Origin: Octopus sinensis
Taxonomy: Eukaryota
Length of the DNA: 64,000 nucleotides
Assembly (NCBI RefSeq): GCF_006345805.1
Contig: NC_043000.1
Coordinates: 116,002,001-116,066,000, forward strand
Direction of reading: 5' to 3'
Shown here: positions 63,481 to 64,000 of the stretch, piece by piece
Position numbering within the stretch: position 1 is the first letter of the stretch
Layout: each line of letters opens with the position of its first letter
Program-made: the position numbers and the translations under genes
The notes under the pieces: model-generated
What the model was told of the DNA's origin: nothing
The model's database searches: none
What the model saw: only the letters and a program-made list of their open reading frames with translations

Positions 63481-64000
63481 TTCCAGAAGTCAACGATCTC
63501 TTTTCCGAATGAATATGATTATGGCGTATAGCATTCTCGATTATAGATTTTGAATGTAATATCTTTACAATTTTATTTTCCTGTATTGTTAATCGGTTAA
63601 CATCCAAATGTGATACTTCTGGCGCAGGCATGGCTGTGTGATTAAGATCACTTTGCGACCACGTGGTATCGGGTTCAGTAACTGTGGAGTAGCATGACCA
63701 GGTGACTTCTTCTATAGCACTGGGGCGAAAAATATTTTGTGAGTGAACTTGCCTGAGAGGAACTGTGTAGAACTCTTTCGGTGTATGTATGTATGTATGT
63801 ATGGTTGAAACGTTTCACCAAAGTGGATTATAATTGTTATTTAATGTGATGAGGGTATTAAAAATACCTACATTGTTAGAAATAAAAACTAAAGTGATCT
63901 AATGCTGTTGTTTAGTTACACGAATGAAAACATATACGCTAACAGTGACTATAATTGTCTGAAAAATGCCGTCCAAGAATTCTTAAGACTGACGTCAGTT

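Overview
AT-rich, microsatellite-dense animal DNA with one 100-N scaffold gap (5779-5878). The repeat families are the tRNA-derived SINE types I recognise from Octopus genomes, so an octopod origin is likely; this is inferred, not database-checked. I find no supportable host protein-coding exon. Almost every ORF in the track is a microsatellite or SINE artefact, and the only long real reading frame is a broken CR1-type LINE reverse transcriptase (45227-46398). The window holds dozens of copies of three SINE families (called SINE-A, -B and -C here), decayed RTE/CR1 LINE and mariner fragments, a pogo-type MITE and several long fold-back elements. The main hidden signal is about 17 minimal type I hammerhead-ribozyme (HHR) motifs from roughly a dozen apparently unrelated sequence contexts, on both strands. 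Four have a canonical core with paired stems I and II (9243, 37573, 40503, 62618). Others show U4C or compensatory U3-A8 cores, or are clear relics. They sit in Penelope-like architectures with inverted 5' tails and 12-13 bp TSDs. Two stand out: a tRNA-headed, HHR-carrying element with a perfect 12-bp TSD (62369-62717) and a 364-bp retrozyme-like unit with 90-bp terminal redundancy (43680-44154). All folds were derived by eye and no activity is demonstrated.
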